Below are positions 63,301-64,000 of a stretch of DNA of 64,000 nt, piece by piece; the stretch's first letter is position 1, and each line of letters begins with the position of its first letter. A program made the translations under genes and the position numbers. The stretch comes from an uncultured bacterium. Its GTDB lineage: Bacteria > Omnitrophota > Omnitrophia > Omnitrophales > Abzuiibacteriaceae. The DNA lies in the NCBI GenBank assembly GCA_964387845.1, contig CAYLXA010000005.1, positions 128,001-192,000 on the forward strand, in the 5' to 3' direction. The notes beneath the pieces are model-generated. The model saw only the letters and a list, made by a program, of their open reading frames with translations, ran no database searches and had not been told where the DNA came from.

Positions 63301-64000
63301 AACCAAAAGGCATGGCAGCGGATGCGATTCAAGAGAAGTTTAAGGCATTTTTATTGAGCAAAAGCATTCAGCCGGCGCAAGCGATTGATTCTGAAATATA
63401 TCCAAACTTGGCCGAAATTCAAAGTGATGGCGTAAACAAAAGGCGCTCCGAGCTGCGGTCCAGGGAATTTGTTAAATTTAGCGAGCTTGGATCTGCAATC
63501 GCTGACTATATTGATCTTTTTCGCAAGAGAAACGGAAGGTTTAGTCCATCGGTTTTAAGAGCGGTTGCTGATCTTGATTTCGGAACCGAGCGGCAATTTG
63601 TTAATGTAGCGTCTGTGCCGTTGAGAAACGGTTTCGTACCCGATCCTCAAGCTTTTGGCAGGGCCGTTGTTGAGGGGATCGTAAGAGAACTTCCGTTTGA
63701 AGTACGGCCCATCGAAAAGTTCAGTTTTGCGTATAAAAAGCATGCGTTCAGAATTCGCATGGAAACGGGGAATCAGCAGACGCAGAATAAAGAAGCACAT
63801 TCGGAGTTGAGGGCAAGGAAAGTTAGAAATGATACGAGCGAGACCAAGTTACACCCTAGAGCCGATCGTTTCCATTCATTACGTTCTCTCAAGCGATTTT
63901 TCTTAGGCCTACTGATAATTGGCTTAGCTGCGAGCATGTTTATTTGGACACACGATCATGACCGATTATCTCTGGATCCCTCATTCATAAAGGTGGCCGT
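60303..64000 (+). CDS. giant hypothetical secreted/polytopic membrane protein, partial (>1,230 aa, continues past window end)
   Basis: manual translation in frame 0 mod 3 from GTG 60303 shows no stop to 64000; N-terminal signal peptide VRPYSFFLRAISALLIFTFSFTETIARA; at least 5 hydrophobic TM clusters; absent from ORF track (no stop in window). Confidence 0.6.
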   Translation, partial: MRPYSFFLRAISALLIFTFSFTETIARADAAQTSSQLAAMLEQSSNRMGLMAETISSFTRNSYLAIEKFANSVDVRSELRSRGLELSGGHKPIPQSDTKEVNNNDKSEAGHEQSEKEIQSYAKKLKESKGDLKIIREAIVNFHRLGYSEVKVAEMINQVNQNQPYAQIQYWSDEVTQSTLIKRFSQHRKLIKSLLWLLLPVVCYFLPYPGATALLLLIYHDAMHRYQAGFYFLTYFLGDFWNNRMEDIQNFLVKKYHEPDFNFEGDLWLNPVDRAHDQLFEAKRQFWKSVLESMSGVYMVSSILVFPWLFSALRMLISAPMVLVQTGVFSFLGAISIGFFGLVPLRGPHFQVTAADLGLEHAVDVERTSVTGLRWPQFSNKQNAMIEAARFYWNRNPMVLYVEKNRESKFEWNRQIRRDTASRLLARHFLTVVLFVTTALSTILLIAISIILGSGVIGAVEFVIQKFGQSFITNVLLIVGSCCFFPLVAVIIISAIVVGSEQSIAGAWQKARADIKSLKKNVFLNPNQSDEKFWKNLIKQLKRISKEEAPFSDISFPESIERLIRDLSSLKEDHSELIPLHEALATGKEGTEYQIKGQAALTSDRHSDDPSTKVRAELRTTNERLIWKAIAQFGIPEFYQEQAYLFLSGLLEINQSQWGTPFEDAISRLSQVQVEQIKSSISFEPIVMSTTSLVRRTVRFSVYMAGVIVLAYAAGAALARDINLFKLFSQIGKQKLPGPEQIDIGFAAIFLFTMFIGLPFVITRFQRWLDAKIKPYPISYDLRRTILNELFVKQGLMSTDDAEELTRRKYRSELRTEWADQIKSLLLKDFPFLELDFSENGYLFRAIRSGLRDGLSRGSFSYLNDGGVAAGWQEKHLVYFVSEDPNDALDVAEFQNGFPDNAVVIFPSKLFHDEMNAGRAAIMTTHGLSGTLTGIKWPLMTNPVTIQDSAFIIVTPETKQYLDNLLVNGQASGEEEKLRLRLLEYQKQGIYQKIVALNFEPKGMAADAIQEKFKAFLLSKSIQPAQAIDSEIYPNLAEIQSDGVNKRRSELRSREFVKFSELGSAIADYIDLFRKRNGRFSPSVLRAVADLDFGTERQFVNVASVPLRNGFVPDPQAFGRAVVEGIVRELPFEVRPIEKFSFAYKKHAFRIRMETGNQQTQNKEAHSELRARKVRNDTSETKLHPRADRFHSLRSLKRFFLGLLIIGLAASMFIWTHDHDRLSLDPSFIKVA

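Overview
This window is a 64 kb stretch of a bacterial chromosome, probably from an uncultivated lineage; the phylum cannot be assigned from sequence alone. It has three parts.

- **Accessory island (~1-12,000):** a low-GC region dense in defence and toxin-antitoxin genes. In order: an edge-truncated YhcG/DUF1016 nuclease gene, a three-gene HipB-HipS-HipT (split-HipA) kinase TA module with three palindromic operators, and an unknown two-gene module. Next come a TcmP (MTase-fold) + DUF5131 (Gp37/Gp68) + MazG-like cassette, then a putative REase-Vsr-Dcm restriction-modification operon. Then comes a protein with an EVE-like reader domain fused to a putative nuclease. Last are an MNT-HEPN pair bracketed by two copies of a SOS-response-associated peptidase (SRAP, YedK/HMCES family) 5' gene fragment, and a HigB/HigA-type pair.
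- **Core region (~12,000-60,140):** guaB-like/guaA; dnaE, hup, csp, rsmE, mtaB, cvpA, mpg, dnaG and rpoD (with a Lys-rich N-terminal extension); yceI; a bufferin-like MNIO RiPP locus (Cys-rich secreted precursor plus a fused DUF692-DUF2063 enzyme); a thiol-disulfide cluster (YyaL-like, DsbD, DsbD-N, redoxin); MazEF; a HemD-HemE fusion and hemY; TPR, PilZ and RluA genes; a small low-GC PIN-like + HNH islet; ogg; ilvD (minus strand); tRNA(CAU); an LptF/G permease; RNase P RNA; VapBC; and a complete pyrR-pyrB-pyrC-carA-carB-pyrK-pyrD-pyrF operon with a PyrR attenuator.
- **3' end (~60,303-64,000):** a giant (>1,230 aa) signal-peptide-bearing polytopic membrane ORF that runs off the window end and is absent from the supplied ORF track.

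The most unusual sequence-level feature is a pervasive family of intergenic hairpin elements built from tandem heptamer units. Each locus has its own 7-mer 'dialect' (GTGGTAA/GTGATAA; TTTAGCG; GGTATCT; CTTGAAG/CCTGCAG) and mutually reverse-complementary arms. One forms the P12 helix of rnpB, one supplies the stop codon of hemDE, and two half-elements in inverted orientation bracket the 6.2 kb TcmP-RM island.
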